Source: an uncultured Methanosarcinales archaeon
GTDB taxonomy: Archaea; Nanobdellota; Nanobdellia; Woesearchaeales; GW2011-AR9
Direction of reading: 5' to 3'
DNA length: 47,929 bases
NCBI GenBank assembly: GCA_964594395.1
Contig: CAZQLW010000002.1
Location: 1 to 47,929, forward strand
Shown one piece after another: positions 35,846-45,803 of this stretch; the stretch's first letter is position 1; each line of letters begins with the position of its first letter. The notes beneath the pieces were generated by a model. It worked only from the letters and a program-made list of their open reading frames with translations, had not been told where the DNA came from and did no database searches. The position numbers were made by a program, and so were the translations under genes.

Positions 35846-36529
35846 TTATTCCCTTTTACTTTCTTTTATTATGTCAAGATTATTTTGAATAATGCTCGTT
35901 CTTAACTCAGGACTTTTAATCATTGAACATCTAAATTTAAGTTTTTCTTTTATTTCTAATAATTGCTCTTTTTCTTTGATCATATAAGCATGGACCCATA
36001 ACATGTCCATAAAAAAAGTGAGGGTTTTAGATTTTAATTCTGTTGGTTCTTCGTCATGCCATTCTTTAAATGCATCGTATTCAAATAATAAATCATTAGG
36101 ATTAGAATAAACACTTTTAATTCCATCATGTACATATTGATTTATTTCTCCTTTAATTCTAGCAATATTCTCGACAATTCCTCTTTCTTTCAATCTTTGA
36201 GCACAAACATCTCCTAATCCGAAGGCCATTGCTACGTAAATATCGTCAAATTCGTTTGGAAAATACTCTTTTGATTCTGAAAGGTAATGTTCAAATATTA
36301 TTCTCTGAGCACTTTTAATTGGACTAGAAACTTTTTCCCTTTTCATAATTGCTTCATATATGGGATGATTTTCAGTTACAAGATTCTTAGAAACGATTTC
36401 ATATGTTTTTTCAACATTTTTATAAGTAATTTGAACATTATTCTGGGCTTCTTGAATCATTGCATCTAATTCTCTTGTTTCTTCTGGTTTTAATGGAACT
36501 GTATTATCTATTATTAATTTTAATGTCAT
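35846..36529 (-). CDS. hypothetical protein
   Basis: 227-aa ORF with no recognisable motif. Confidence 0.45.
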   Translation of the reverse strand: MTLKLIIDNTVPLKPEETRELDAMIQEAQNNVQITYKNVEKTYEIVSKNLVTENHPIYEAIMKREKVSSPIKSAQRIIFEHYLSESKEYFPNEFDDIYVAMAFGLGDVCAQRLKERGIVENIARIKGEINQYVHDGIKSVYSNPNDLLFEYDAFKEWHDEEPTELKSKTLTFFMDMLWVHAYMIKEKEQLLEIKEKLKFRCSMIKSPELRTSIIQNNLDIIKESKRE

Positions 36530-36625
36530 TTCTCTTGCTTTTAGAATTAACTTTTTAAATTTTAGTGAAGTGGGGTAGTTATAATGAAGATTTAAAAAGA
36601 AATTAAAAACTTCTTCTTTTGCATT

Positions 36626-37036
36626 TTATTTAACATTATTCCATTCATTAAATAAATTACTCAACGGTTTAATAATATCTTTAATTTTTTCATATTCAAT
36701 GATCATGTTAGAAATACCTTTAGTTGTATCTTTAATCTTTGTTCCTTTTTTCATGATAGTAATAATTTTTTTGTTCATCGCAAAAGCAATACCTGCTTCT
36801 ATTGCTCGGCCAGTTGGTTTATGTGTCATATCTATTAAAAGAACATCACATTTTTTAATTTCTTCTTTTGCAACGTCCATTAATTCTTTTGAATCATGAA
36901 ACATTTTTTGATAATTTTCTATATCTCTAATAAAACAAAAATCTTGAAATCCACTTTCTTTTACTAGTGAACAAAGTAATTCTATCTCTGCCTTATTTTT
37001 CCCTTCTTTAAATGATGCCGTAATAAACACTTTCAT
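36626..37036 (-). CDS. nucleoside 2-deoxyribosyltransferase-like protein
   Basis: MKVFITASF..., CDVLLIDMTHKPTGRAIEAGIAFAMNKKIITI resembles the aD.vva.ld...s.Gt.wElG.A.a.gKPvi core of that fold. Confidence 0.45.
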   Translation of the reverse strand: MKVFITASFKEGKNKAEIELLCSLVKESGFQDFCFIRDIENYQKMFHDSKELMDVAKEEIKKCDVLLIDMTHKPTGRAIEAGIAFAMNKKIITIMKKGTKIKDTTKGISNMIIEYEKIKDIIKPLSNLFNEWNNVK

Positions 37037-37109
37037 TTTTTTATTTATTCTTCCTTAATAAATAAACTTTTCTAAAAAATAAATTATTTTCAAACCAATT
37101 TAACAAACA

Positions 37110-37117
37110 TTTTTAAA
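37110..37117 (+). promoter_or_regulatory. TATA box (TTTTTAAA)
   Basis: 22 nt upstream of ATG 37140. Confidence 0.4.
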
Positions 37118-37139
37118 CAATAACTATTTCTGGACAGTC

Positions 37140-37949
37140 ATGAACCATATCTGGCAAATCACAGAAGAAGAGAAAAAATTACCACACCTTAACAGTCCGA
37201 TTTTTATTGAAGGGCTTCCAGGAATAGGTAATGTTGGTAAGATTGCAGTAGATTTTTTGGTTGAAGAATTAAAAGCTAAAAAACTGTACACTTTTTTCTC
37301 TTACCGCTTTCCTCATTCAGTATTTGTTAACGAAAAAAATTTAGTGGAAATGCCGAAGATTGAAATTTATTACAAAAAATTTGGTAACAAAAGTAAAAAG
37401 AAAGACCTGTTGCTTTTAACAGGTGATATTCAACCGATTGATGAAGAAAGTTGTTACACTTTTTGTGAAGAAATTTTAAAAATTGTTAAACATTATAAAT
37501 GTTCAGAAGTAATCACTACTGGTGGAATTGGGTTACAAACTCCTCCCGAGAAACCTAAAGTTTATTGCACTGCAAACAACGACAAATTGTTTAAAGAGTA
37601 TACAAAAAAAGGCATCCATATTGAAAAAAATATTTTTGGTATTGTCGGTCCGATTGTCGGCGTTTCCGGAGTACTTTTAGGGTTAGGCAAAAAAAGAAAA
37701 GTTAAAGGTGTAGCTCTTCTAGCAGAAACCTATGGGCATCCGATGTATCTTGGAATTAAAGGTGCAAAAGAACTTTTGAAAGTTTTAGAAAATAAACATA
37801 ACTTTGGTATGAACTTAAAAAAGATGAGTAAAGAAATTATTGAAGTTGAAAAAGAATTATTGAAAAAAACAAAAGAGTGGGCTCAGGAAATAGTTAGTAG
37901 TCGAGCAGGAGCTCAAGCAAAAAATAAAGATATGAGTTACATCGGATAA
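37140..37949 (+). CDS. PAC2-family (proteasome assembly chaperone-like, COG1938) protein
   Basis: IFIEGLPGIGNVGKIAVDFLVEEL and LLLTGDIQP are typical of archaeal PAC2/PbaA-like proteins. Confidence 0.65.
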   Translation: MNHIWQITEEEKKLPHLNSPIFIEGLPGIGNVGKIAVDFLVEELKAKKLYTFFSYRFPHSVFVNEKNLVEMPKIEIYYKKFGNKSKKKDLLLLTGDIQPIDEESCYTFCEEILKIVKHYKCSEVITTGGIGLQTPPEKPKVYCTANNDKLFKEYTKKGIHIEKNIFGIVGPIVGVSGVLLGLGKKRKVKGVALLAETYGHPMYLGIKGAKELLKVLENKHNFGMNLKKMSKEIIEVEKELLKKTKEWAQEIVSSRAGAQAKNKDMSYIG

Positions 37950-38063
37950 ATTAATTCTTAACCTTTTTTTCTGTTAAATGTACTCTTTTCATTAATATTT
38001 TCATTTTTTTCTCCATTTTTTATAACTATTTTCAGATATTCTTAAGCTGAGCAGTTCAAAAGC

Positions 38064-38071
38064 TTTATAAA
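38064..38071 (+). promoter_or_regulatory. BRE/TATA (AAAAGC-TTTATAAA) for the surface-protein locus
   Basis: 23 nt upstream of ATG 38095. Confidence 0.5.
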
Positions 38072-38094
38072 TAAATATATTATACTTTCTTTTA

Positions 38095-40092
38095 ATGTAC
38101 AAAAAGAGGGATAGAAAAAGTCTATTTAGTTTAATATTTAATAGTTTTAGCTCTAAGAAAGCACAAGTTACAATTTTTATCATTTTAGGAATCGTTTTGT
38201 TATTAGCAGTAGTCTTAGTTTTTACATTAAAAGAAGAGATCACTAAATTTAAACCAGAAGAATTAATTACTCCTACAAAAGGTAAAGTTGAGAATTTTAT
38301 TATAACTTGTATGGATAAAGTTGGTGAAGAAGCTCTTTTTAAAGTCGGACTGCAAGCTGGTTACATTGAAGTTCCTGAAGAAATTGTTAAAGATGCTAGT
38401 ATGAATTTAAAAGTATCGCCGATGAACGTTGTCCCTTATTGGGCTGAGGGTCCGAATACTCACATCCCTTCTTTAGAAGAAATAAAAATTAGAATTGATA
38501 AATATCTTGAAGAAAATGTTCGTAACTGTTTATTTGAAATGCAAGCTTTTCAGAGTACTTATAACTTAATTGAAAAAACTCAACCTCTCGCAGATACAAA
38601 AATTGGTGAAAATGGTGTTATTTTTAATTTAAAATGGAATGTAGAAATACGTGATAAGTCTGGCGAAGTTATTACTGAAGTTATTAACCATGTTTCTGAA
38701 TCAAGGATAAAACTGAAACAAGTTTACGAAATGGCAAGAAGGGTTGTAGAGAAAGAAATGGAAGTTTTAAAATTTGAAGATATTACTCAAGATTTGATTT
38801 CTCTTGAACATCCCGATTTACCAGTTTCTGGCATTGAATTGAAGTGTACTAAAAAAACTTGGGAATTACAAAAAGTTAAAGATACATTACTGAACATGTT
38901 ACGGATAAATATTCGTGAACTAAAAATTCAAGGGACAGAATTTGTAGAATTTCCTGAAGAGTTAACTTATTACCAAAACCATTACATCTGGGACATTGGC
39001 GAAGATTATATTAATCCTGACGTGAGTGTAGCATTTAATTTTGATGAACGTTATCCTTACACTTTTGCAGTAACACCTTTATCCGGTAACAAAATGAAAA
39101 GTTCACAAATGGGTGGTGGTGAGATGCTTTCTTTTTTATGTATTCAAACTTGGAAATTTACTTATGACTTAATTTATCCTGTTTTAGTGAGGGTTAGAGA
39201 CGAAACTACTGGTTATGAATTTAATACTGCTTTTACTGTCCATTTGATAAAAAATACACCTTATCGTGGCGAAGCTTATGCTCGGCCATCTTATATAGTA
39301 GAAAAAGCAACTGATGAAGATTATTGTAAAAATTTGAATGTTCCTTTAACAGTTTACACGAACGAATTGGTAGAAAATAATTATACCGGAGTTTATTACA
39401 CTGACCCGTTAGAAGATGTTAATTTAAGTTTTACATGTTTACGTTACCGTTGCGAAATGGGCCAATCTGAATACGATTTTGCTGCTCAAGGGCACGTTGC
39501 GGGAATAATTACCAATTTTCCTTACTGTGTTGGCGGAATTTTACGTGGTGTTAAAGAAGGTTATAAAGAAGATTGGGTAAGAGTAGTTACTTCTCCAAGT
39601 AAAGAAGTTGAACTAAATTTAGTGCCTGTTTTTGAATTTCCATTAAACAAAGTTAAAGTTGTAAAACATCAACATTTTGAAGATGGTCAAGATTTATCTC
39701 CTGCTGAACCGTTAGGTAACGAAATGGCTTTGATAACTTTAACTTATCGTAAACAGGGTGATACTTTTGATCAACCTTACCACAAAGTTACGCAAGTAAT
39801 CTCTAAACAACTTAACACAGATTTATTTGAACAGGAATCGTTTGAATTTTTGGCTAAAGCTGATTTTACTTACGATTTAGAAATTAACCTTTTAAGTGAA
39901 GAAAAATTTTTGGGAGGATACAAAGGTAACTGGACAGTTGATTGGGACCAGTTAGAATCTGGAAATGAAATTATTTTCCATGTTTTTGCTAACGATAATC
40001 CTTCTGACGAGGAAATGTTTGGGTTAATGACGGGTTTGACAGTAAAAAGTAAAGATGTACCAGTTCCAGAAATAATCACATCACAGAAATAA
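38095..40092 (+). CDS. 665-aa secreted/anchored protein with a class III (type IV pilin-like) signal peptide
   Basis: Basic n-region followed by KKA|QVTIFIILGIVLLLAVVLVF. The rest has no recognisable domain and 8 Cys. Confidence 0.6.
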   Translation: MYKKRDRKSLFSLIFNSFSSKKAQVTIFIILGIVLLLAVVLVFTLKEEITKFKPEELITPTKGKVENFIITCMDKVGEEALFKVGLQAGYIEVPEEIVKDASMNLKVSPMNVVPYWAEGPNTHIPSLEEIKIRIDKYLEENVRNCLFEMQAFQSTYNLIEKTQPLADTKIGENGVIFNLKWNVEIRDKSGEVITEVINHVSESRIKLKQVYEMARRVVEKEMEVLKFEDITQDLISLEHPDLPVSGIELKCTKKTWELQKVKDTLLNMLRINIRELKIQGTEFVEFPEELTYYQNHYIWDIGEDYINPDVSVAFNFDERYPYTFAVTPLSGNKMKSSQMGGGEMLSFLCIQTWKFTYDLIYPVLVRVRDETTGYEFNTAFTVHLIKNTPYRGEAYARPSYIVEKATDEDYCKNLNVPLTVYTNELVENNYTGVYYTDPLEDVNLSFTCLRYRCEMGQSEYDFAAQGHVAGIITNFPYCVGGILRGVKEGYKEDWVRVVTSPSKEVELNLVPVFEFPLNKVKVVKHQHFEDGQDLSPAEPLGNEMALITLTYRKQGDTFDQPYHKVTQVISKQLNTDLFEQESFEFLAKADFTYDLEINLLSEEKFLGGYKGNWTVDWDQLESGNEIIFHVFANDNPSDEEMFGLMTGLTVKSKDVPVPEIITSQK

Positions 40093-40126
40093 AATTAAAA
40101 TTGAAATTGAAAAAAGTAAAAAAATA

Positions 40127-43100
40127 ATGGGAATTAACAAATTTAACCGATGTTGGAAAGTTATCGTAATTTTGGTACTAATACTTTTACTTAATTTACC
40201 CATCATAAGTGCTTTGGAAATATCTAATGTTCGGGTTGAAGATGTTACTGAAACTAGTGCCGTTGTTAAATGGGACACCGATGAAGCTAGTGATAGTTTT
40301 GTTAGTTACGGGAAAGAAAAAGATAATTTGGAAACTATCGGCGATGCTAGTTCTGTTACTAATCATCAATTTACTTTAACGGACTTATTACCTGAAACTA
40401 CTCATTATTACGGTGTTGAAAGTAATGAAGTTGTTGATGATAATTCTGGACAATTATATTCATTTCAAACTCTTACTCCAGACACTACTGCACCTCAGCT
40501 AGTTGTTGAAATGCCGGAACTTGTTCCTGGCAACAAGTTAAGTTTTATTGGTTGGACGGAACCGGGAGCGAAAGTTATTGTTTATGTTAATGGAGATCAA
40601 GCTGGTTCAACAACTGCATTTGAAGAAAAAATAGAAGAAGTTACTGAAATTGTTGAAACTCCTGCTGTTGAAATTGAAGATGTTGAAACTACTGAAACTG
40701 TTGAAGAAGAGTTAACTGTTAACGAAACTAGTGTTCCTGAAGCTGAAGCTGAAATTGAACAGGTGTCAGAAAACAATGAAACTGAAGAGAGTGTAACTGA
40801 AACCGAAAATGAAAGTGAAGCCCTTGCTGGAGAATCTATCGCTACTGGTTTTGCTGCTGAAAATGATAAAGTGGAAATAGTAGATTCTAGTCAAAAACCG
40901 AAAGGTAAATTTGAATTTTCTAACATCATTTTACAAAATAATGAACAAAATACAATAAAAGTTGAAGCAATAGATCAAGCAGGTAATTCTGTAAGTTTTG
41001 AGGGACAAGTTTTTGCTGATACTAGTAAACCAAAATTAGAATTTGAAGACTTGCCTGAAATTGTTGACAAAAATTCTTTCGAATTAAAAGGTAAATTGTC
41101 TGAAAATTCTACTTATGAAGTTTTTGTTAACAATAAATCCGTTTTTACTGGCGATGGAGACAAGATTGAAGATAGTATCACTTTAGATGAAGGAGATAAC
41201 AATGTTGTTGTAGTTATTAAAGATTCTGCTGGTTGGGAAGTAACTAAAAAGTTTGTAATTTATTCTGATACTCAGCCTCCTGCAGTGAAAATTGAAATTG
41301 AAAAAGGTAAAGATTATTATCAAGGGAGAGCAGTATCTAGTATTCATGGAGAAACCGAACCAGGAGCAACAGTTTACCTTTATGTTTATCGCCCTTTAGG
41401 TTACGAGTACACTGCAAAATTTGATAAAGCTTGGGAAAAAGTTACTGCTGACGAAAATGGTGAATTCACTTTTAAAGATGTTAATTTTGAAAATAAGCCA
41501 ATCAATCTTAAAGATTTGGCTCCAAAACAAGTTCCTTCCGGACTTCAAGAAGATGTAGTTTTTTCTGTTCAACAACTTGCTGAACAAGAAGAAGTTAGTT
41601 ACAAAGTTTATGTACTTGCTGAAGATCGTGGTGGAAGGACTAGTTATGCTCAGGAATCAATCAATTTGAAAACTTGCCGTTCTGCTAATTGGGCTTTTGA
41701 CGTTTTATCTATGCCCCAGTTTCAAGCTCCGTTAAGGTTAGACCCAGGATTAGTTGATGAAGGAAGAGAAATTGTTCAAGCAGTTTTTAATTTTTCTTAT
41801 CGCGGTCAGGGAGTAGCACAAAGAGATTTAGCTACAGGAAATGTCTTACCAGGTAAAGAAGCTTACATCATTAACGGTGTCAGTTTTGATAAAGCTTGTA
41901 CAGAAGGATTGTTGGATGATAAAAGTTTTCAATTAGGTTGTTCAATTCTTCCTCAACAACCAAGAGGGGCCACTCCTAACGCTGACAAAACTGCTTGGTT
42001 AGTAAACTTTAATTTGCACAGTGCAGAAAAAATCAGTGAAACTGAGGAAGATTTTTGGAACGAGTTTAAGAAAAGGCAAGTTATGTTTCCATTAAAAATA
42101 ATGGTCAAGTATCAAGAACGAGGTTCTGATGGTAAATTGGGACCGCCAAAAACTCAATCTAGCTGTTATGATTTAAGTTATTTTGTTGACATTCCTATTG
42201 ATAGTAAAGATATGTTACCCGACTGGATTGCTGATGAGGGGATAGAAGCCATTCAATTTACTTTGGATAAGATTGATTTAATTTTACCTTACCTTGAAAA
42301 AGCAATTATGATATCGGGTGTTGCTTGTATCGGTTCATTTTTTGGAAGAATGATTGTGAGGTGGTTAAGAGTTGTTTATTCAGAATGGGAAGGTTATACC
42401 TCTTCGTTAACTGGCGGTGGTGGTGATTCCGGTGGTAATGGTGAGGATAAGTGTCCTACCAATCAAAACAAATTGTTGTTAGAAAGTACAAAAAAACATT
42501 GGGAAGAAGTTGAAAGTGAATTATTTAAAAATGAAGTTAACAAGCCAAGAATAAAAAATTGGAAAGAGCAAAAAACTCTTGATGATCTTTGTCCAAAAAC
42601 GGCAGCAATGTGGAAAGCTGAAAATCTTTTAGATACAGTTTACCGTTGGAGTTGTGACCGACTACTTTGTCGAGCAGTGCCTGCTGGTTGGACTTCTGAT
42701 AGGGATAAAAAAGATATTGATACGGTAATTATTTCTCAGAAAAGATGTACTGCTACTAGTAGGGGAATTCCTTTGCAACCACAAGAAAATTGTCAAAAAC
42801 TTATTGCTCAAACAGTTTCCGGTGGTGCATCGACAAGTTCTAAAGCACTTGAATTGAAACGGGATGGAGCTTTCCCTTGTTACAAGAATCCTATCAATGA
42901 TCAATTATATTATGTTGGTGAACCTGCTAAAGGTGTTGTTGACGAACCAAAAATATTGCCACTGGAGTGGTTAGGTCGACATGGATTATCTTTACAAGAA
43001 GGGTTAAACATTGATGGTGAAGATTTGATTGCTTACAAACCTGCAGGTTCTAAAGATATTATTGTGGGGACCGATCAAAGTTGTAATTATGTTTGTTCAA

Positions 43101-45802
43101 GGATGAGCGGTTATAAAGCTGATCAAGAAGGTGGGATTGAAAGTGTAAACATGCTTACTAAAGATAAAGGTAATTTTGGTTGTTATAAAGAAGTTATTGA
43201 TGAGGTTTCTGGAGAAACTCGTCTTGCAAACGATGCAGGTTATTTGAAAGGTTCTGACAAAATTCCTGCTGCTTATTACACACAAGATTGTTTTGTTAAT
43301 GTTGATGATACTGGAAAAATTCCTGAACGAACAGGAGCAGATACAGGGATGTTACAATGTGTTTGTACTCCTAAAGAAGGTGATACAGAAAAAACTTTTG
43401 GTTCAAGAACTGCAGCTAAAGAAATTGATAATCAGGCAGAAAATTGGGTTTACCGTCAGGCAGAAGTGTTTAAAATTAGTAATGGTGTCCAGGGGACATT
43501 TTATCCAAAATGGAGATATTATAAGGGGAGGGACGTTTCTTCCGCTTTTGGTGCAGACTATTTAACAGACAATTTCCGTAGTGAAAAAACTGTCCATGAG
43601 ATTAATCCTTCCACGCAACATATTGGTGCATTTCAAACAGTTTGTTTATCTGGGATTAGAGCAAGGTTAATGACTTTAAAAAGTATTTTAGAAGGGTTAA
43701 AGAATTGTATCGTGGAAGCTAAAATTACTGGTTTGCATGATGCTGGTGTTTGTAAAACTTTGTTTACTCAACACGTTTGTGGTTTAATCTATAAAGCAAT
43801 TGCTTACTTCTTTACTGATTGTAGCCCTTATTCAGTAAAAGATGAAGCTAATAAAGGTACTTTTGATCAAGTGGGAAAGTTTTTTGAAATTGGTTTAGGA
43901 GCAATGGGTGACGCGATGCAAACTTCTATTGACGATATTCAAGATGATTATGGTAATGCTCACCTTAACCAGTATTTTGCTACTGGCGTGAAAGGTTTTG
44001 CACAATCAATTTGTATGGCAGCTTTCGGTTACGATTTTCCAATGGGGATGGACTTTATCCAAGATGCAGCTTATGCTTTCCCAACAAAAACTACTGTCCA
44101 TGTAATTCCTGCCGAAAGGGAACTTTCTACTTATAATCCTGTAAATGGTCAAGCAATTTATAATTATAATATTGGGGCAATGGCCCTCCCTGGTTGCAAA
44201 ATTAGAAGTTATAAAGTTTATTTGAAATGTGTGGGTCAAGAAGATTATGGTAGTCCTGGAGTACAGTGTGGTACCCAAAAATGTGACTGTTTACAAGCAA
44301 CAGATCTTAGCGGGACAGAACTAAGAAGTTATCCTCTTGATGGTGGTCAAGGTTTTGATTTAAGTTCAGCAAGTTTCTTTTCATTTCCAATTCCAGCACC
44401 ACAAAAAGTAGATTCGCCTTACCGTTATGATCACGTTGTTGCTGAATTACAGTTGGACCCTTACGAAGACCCATCCAAATGTTTTGATGAAGGTTATCGT
44501 GATGGTAAATTTTATTTCCCCATCATTGACATTTCTCCACCATCAAAGTTTACTTGTCAAGTACAATCAACTTCTGGTAAATATACTTGTCCAGAAGTTG
44601 CAGGGATGTTTAGTGCTGCTGGTAGTGGTGCTTACCTTCAAGATCCTTACATTAGTTGTTACGATAAAACTACACAAACTTATGTGAGTTGTAAAACACC
44701 AAACCTTTTTACTAAAGGCGATGAAATTAAAGTTAAACTACATCTTGCAACTGATGGTGGCCAGTATTGTATTAGGACAACAGTTACAGGGATACAACCG
44801 GAACATGCCCTTCCAAGTATTCCTAAACCTATCCCACAAGGGTTAGCTACTACCCATACTCCAGTAATTAATCTTGGAACTGTTAATGAAAACATGTTTT
44901 CTGGAGCAGCGAATACTTTAATGTTATCCGAGAGTGAAAGTGATTCTGGTTGTAGTAACTTGGTCCAGTTTGATTATGTTCCGCAGTCAGGTGTTCAATC
45001 AGGTTCTTACAGATTCTCTTACAGTACACAAAATGGAAAATATAGAATAATCATGCCACAGGGAGTTGTTCCTGATAGTCCTTACCTTCCTGGTCAGGGA
45101 AATATTTTACAGGATCAAGCAAATAATCAATGGTTCTCTGGTGAACAATTGAAAGAAGTTAAATTTAATATTGGTGGATTTAAAGCACATAATCTTATTG
45201 GTTCGCCAATTGGCAATAAAAAAGTTTGTGTTTACCATGTTGGTCAATCTGCTGGCGGTGGATTTGCTCAAGGTGAAAAATCTATTCGGATTAACGCTGA
45301 AATTTTGCAAGCTGACCAGAATGGCGGTTGTTATAATGTTGACCATCAAGTAGTTGCTCCCACATTTGGTTTGGCTGCTGCTCAGGAAAACATTCTTATT
45401 CGTTTAAATCCACTTATTTCTATTGTAGCTAGTAAAATGCATGAAGAGTTTATTAGGAACAATCACGGTTATGTAATTGCGGAAGCAGATGCGATTATTA
45501 ACCGTAAACAAGCAGATATGGAAGATGTGGTTGCTTTATATTATCGTGTAGCTGCCCAGATTACGCAAGCAGGCGATCAATGGAAATCACAGTCAGAATC
45601 AATTTGTAATTATTTGAAAATCTTCTTTGATCGAGAGTATCCTGGATTGGATGAAGATGCACCAAAACATGACCCGGAGATAAAAAACAAAGGTGAGTAC
45701 ATTAAAGTTGATTATTATTTTAGAGAAATTGCGAAAAGTGCAAGCTGTACAAATATTGTAAAATTAGGTGGTAGTGCTCAAACAACTGCTGTTCAAACTT
45801 AA
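40127..45802 (+). CDS. 1891-aa giant surface protein: signal peptide, FN3-like and Ig-like domains, acidic E/T/V-rich spacer, internal hydrophobic segment, Cys-rich ~1100-aa C-terminal region
   Basis: A single uninterrupted ORF. aa 30-115 (ISNVRVEDVTETSAVVKWDTDEASDSFVSYG...HYYGVES...YSFQT) match the FN3/purple-acid-phosphatase-N pattern. The hydrophobic segment is at aa 726-746. About 35 Cys lie after aa 775 by hand count. Confidence 0.75.
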   Translation: MGINKFNRCWKVIVILVLILLLNLPIISALEISNVRVEDVTETSAVVKWDTDEASDSFVSYGKEKDNLETIGDASSVTNHQFTLTDLLPETTHYYGVESNEVVDDNSGQLYSFQTLTPDTTAPQLVVEMPELVPGNKLSFIGWTEPGAKVIVYVNGDQAGSTTAFEEKIEEVTEIVETPAVEIEDVETTETVEEELTVNETSVPEAEAEIEQVSENNETEESVTETENESEALAGESIATGFAAENDKVEIVDSSQKPKGKFEFSNIILQNNEQNTIKVEAIDQAGNSVSFEGQVFADTSKPKLEFEDLPEIVDKNSFELKGKLSENSTYEVFVNNKSVFTGDGDKIEDSITLDEGDNNVVVVIKDSAGWEVTKKFVIYSDTQPPAVKIEIEKGKDYYQGRAVSSIHGETEPGATVYLYVYRPLGYEYTAKFDKAWEKVTADENGEFTFKDVNFENKPINLKDLAPKQVPSGLQEDVVFSVQQLAEQEEVSYKVYVLAEDRGGRTSYAQESINLKTCRSANWAFDVLSMPQFQAPLRLDPGLVDEGREIVQAVFNFSYRGQGVAQRDLATGNVLPGKEAYIINGVSFDKACTEGLLDDKSFQLGCSILPQQPRGATPNADKTAWLVNFNLHSAEKISETEEDFWNEFKKRQVMFPLKIMVKYQERGSDGKLGPPKTQSSCYDLSYFVDIPIDSKDMLPDWIADEGIEAIQFTLDKIDLILPYLEKAIMISGVACIGSFFGRMIVRWLRVVYSEWEGYTSSLTGGGGDSGGNGEDKCPTNQNKLLLESTKKHWEEVESELFKNEVNKPRIKNWKEQKTLDDLCPKTAAMWKAENLLDTVYRWSCDRLLCRAVPAGWTSDRDKKDIDTVIISQKRCTATSRGIPLQPQENCQKLIAQTVSGGASTSSKALELKRDGAFPCYKNPINDQLYYVGEPAKGVVDEPKILPLEWLGRHGLSLQEGLNIDGEDLIAYKPAGSKDIIVGTDQSCNYVCSRMSGYKADQEGGIESVNMLTKDKGNFGCYKEVIDEVSGETRLANDAGYLKGSDKIPAAYYTQDCFVNVDDTGKIPERTGADTGMLQCVCTPKEGDTEKTFGSRTAAKEIDNQAENWVYRQAEVFKISNGVQGTFYPKWRYYKGRDVSSAFGADYLTDNFRSEKTVHEINPSTQHIGAFQTVCLSGIRARLMTLKSILEGLKNCIVEAKITGLHDAGVCKTLFTQHVCGLIYKAIAYFFTDCSPYSVKDEANKGTFDQVGKFFEIGLGAMGDAMQTSIDDIQDDYGNAHLNQYFATGVKGFAQSICMAAFGYDFPMGMDFIQDAAYAFPTKTTVHVIPAERELSTYNPVNGQAIYNYNIGAMALPGCKIRSYKVYLKCVGQEDYGSPGVQCGTQKCDCLQATDLSGTELRSYPLDGGQGFDLSSASFFSFPIPAPQKVDSPYRYDHVVAELQLDPYEDPSKCFDEGYRDGKFYFPIIDISPPSKFTCQVQSTSGKYTCPEVAGMFSAAGSGAYLQDPYISCYDKTTQTYVSCKTPNLFTKGDEIKVKLHLATDGGQYCIRTTVTGIQPEHALPSIPKPIPQGLATTHTPVINLGTVNENMFSGAANTLMLSESESDSGCSNLVQFDYVPQSGVQSGSYRFSYSTQNGKYRIIMPQGVVPDSPYLPGQGNILQDQANNQWFSGEQLKEVKFNIGGFKAHNLIGSPIGNKKVCVYHVGQSAGGGFAQGEKSIRINAEILQADQNGGCYNVDHQVVAPTFGLAAAQENILIRLNPLISIVASKMHEEFIRNNHGYVIAEADAIINRKQADMEDVVALYYRVAAQITQAGDQWKSQSESICNYLKIFFDREYPGLDEDAPKHDPEIKNKGEYIKVDYYFREIAKSASCTNIVKLGGSAQTTAVQT

Positions 45803-45803
45803 A

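Noticed and set aside
38001-38243. 80-aa minus-strand ORF across the 38095 promoter and start
   Set aside because: It spans a BRE/TATA box and the signal-peptide coding region of the plus-strand gene, and has low-complexity composition.
40628-40846. Apparent DNA repeats (gttgaaac/gaaactg units) in the giant gene
   Set aside because: This is low-complexity codon reiteration encoding an E/T/V-rich acidic spacer. It is not a discrete tandem repeat or a CRISPR-like array.
41396-45353. Eight short ORFs on both strands inside 40127-45802
   Set aside because: All are nested in the single long giant-protein frame. None has a start context or a recognisable motif.
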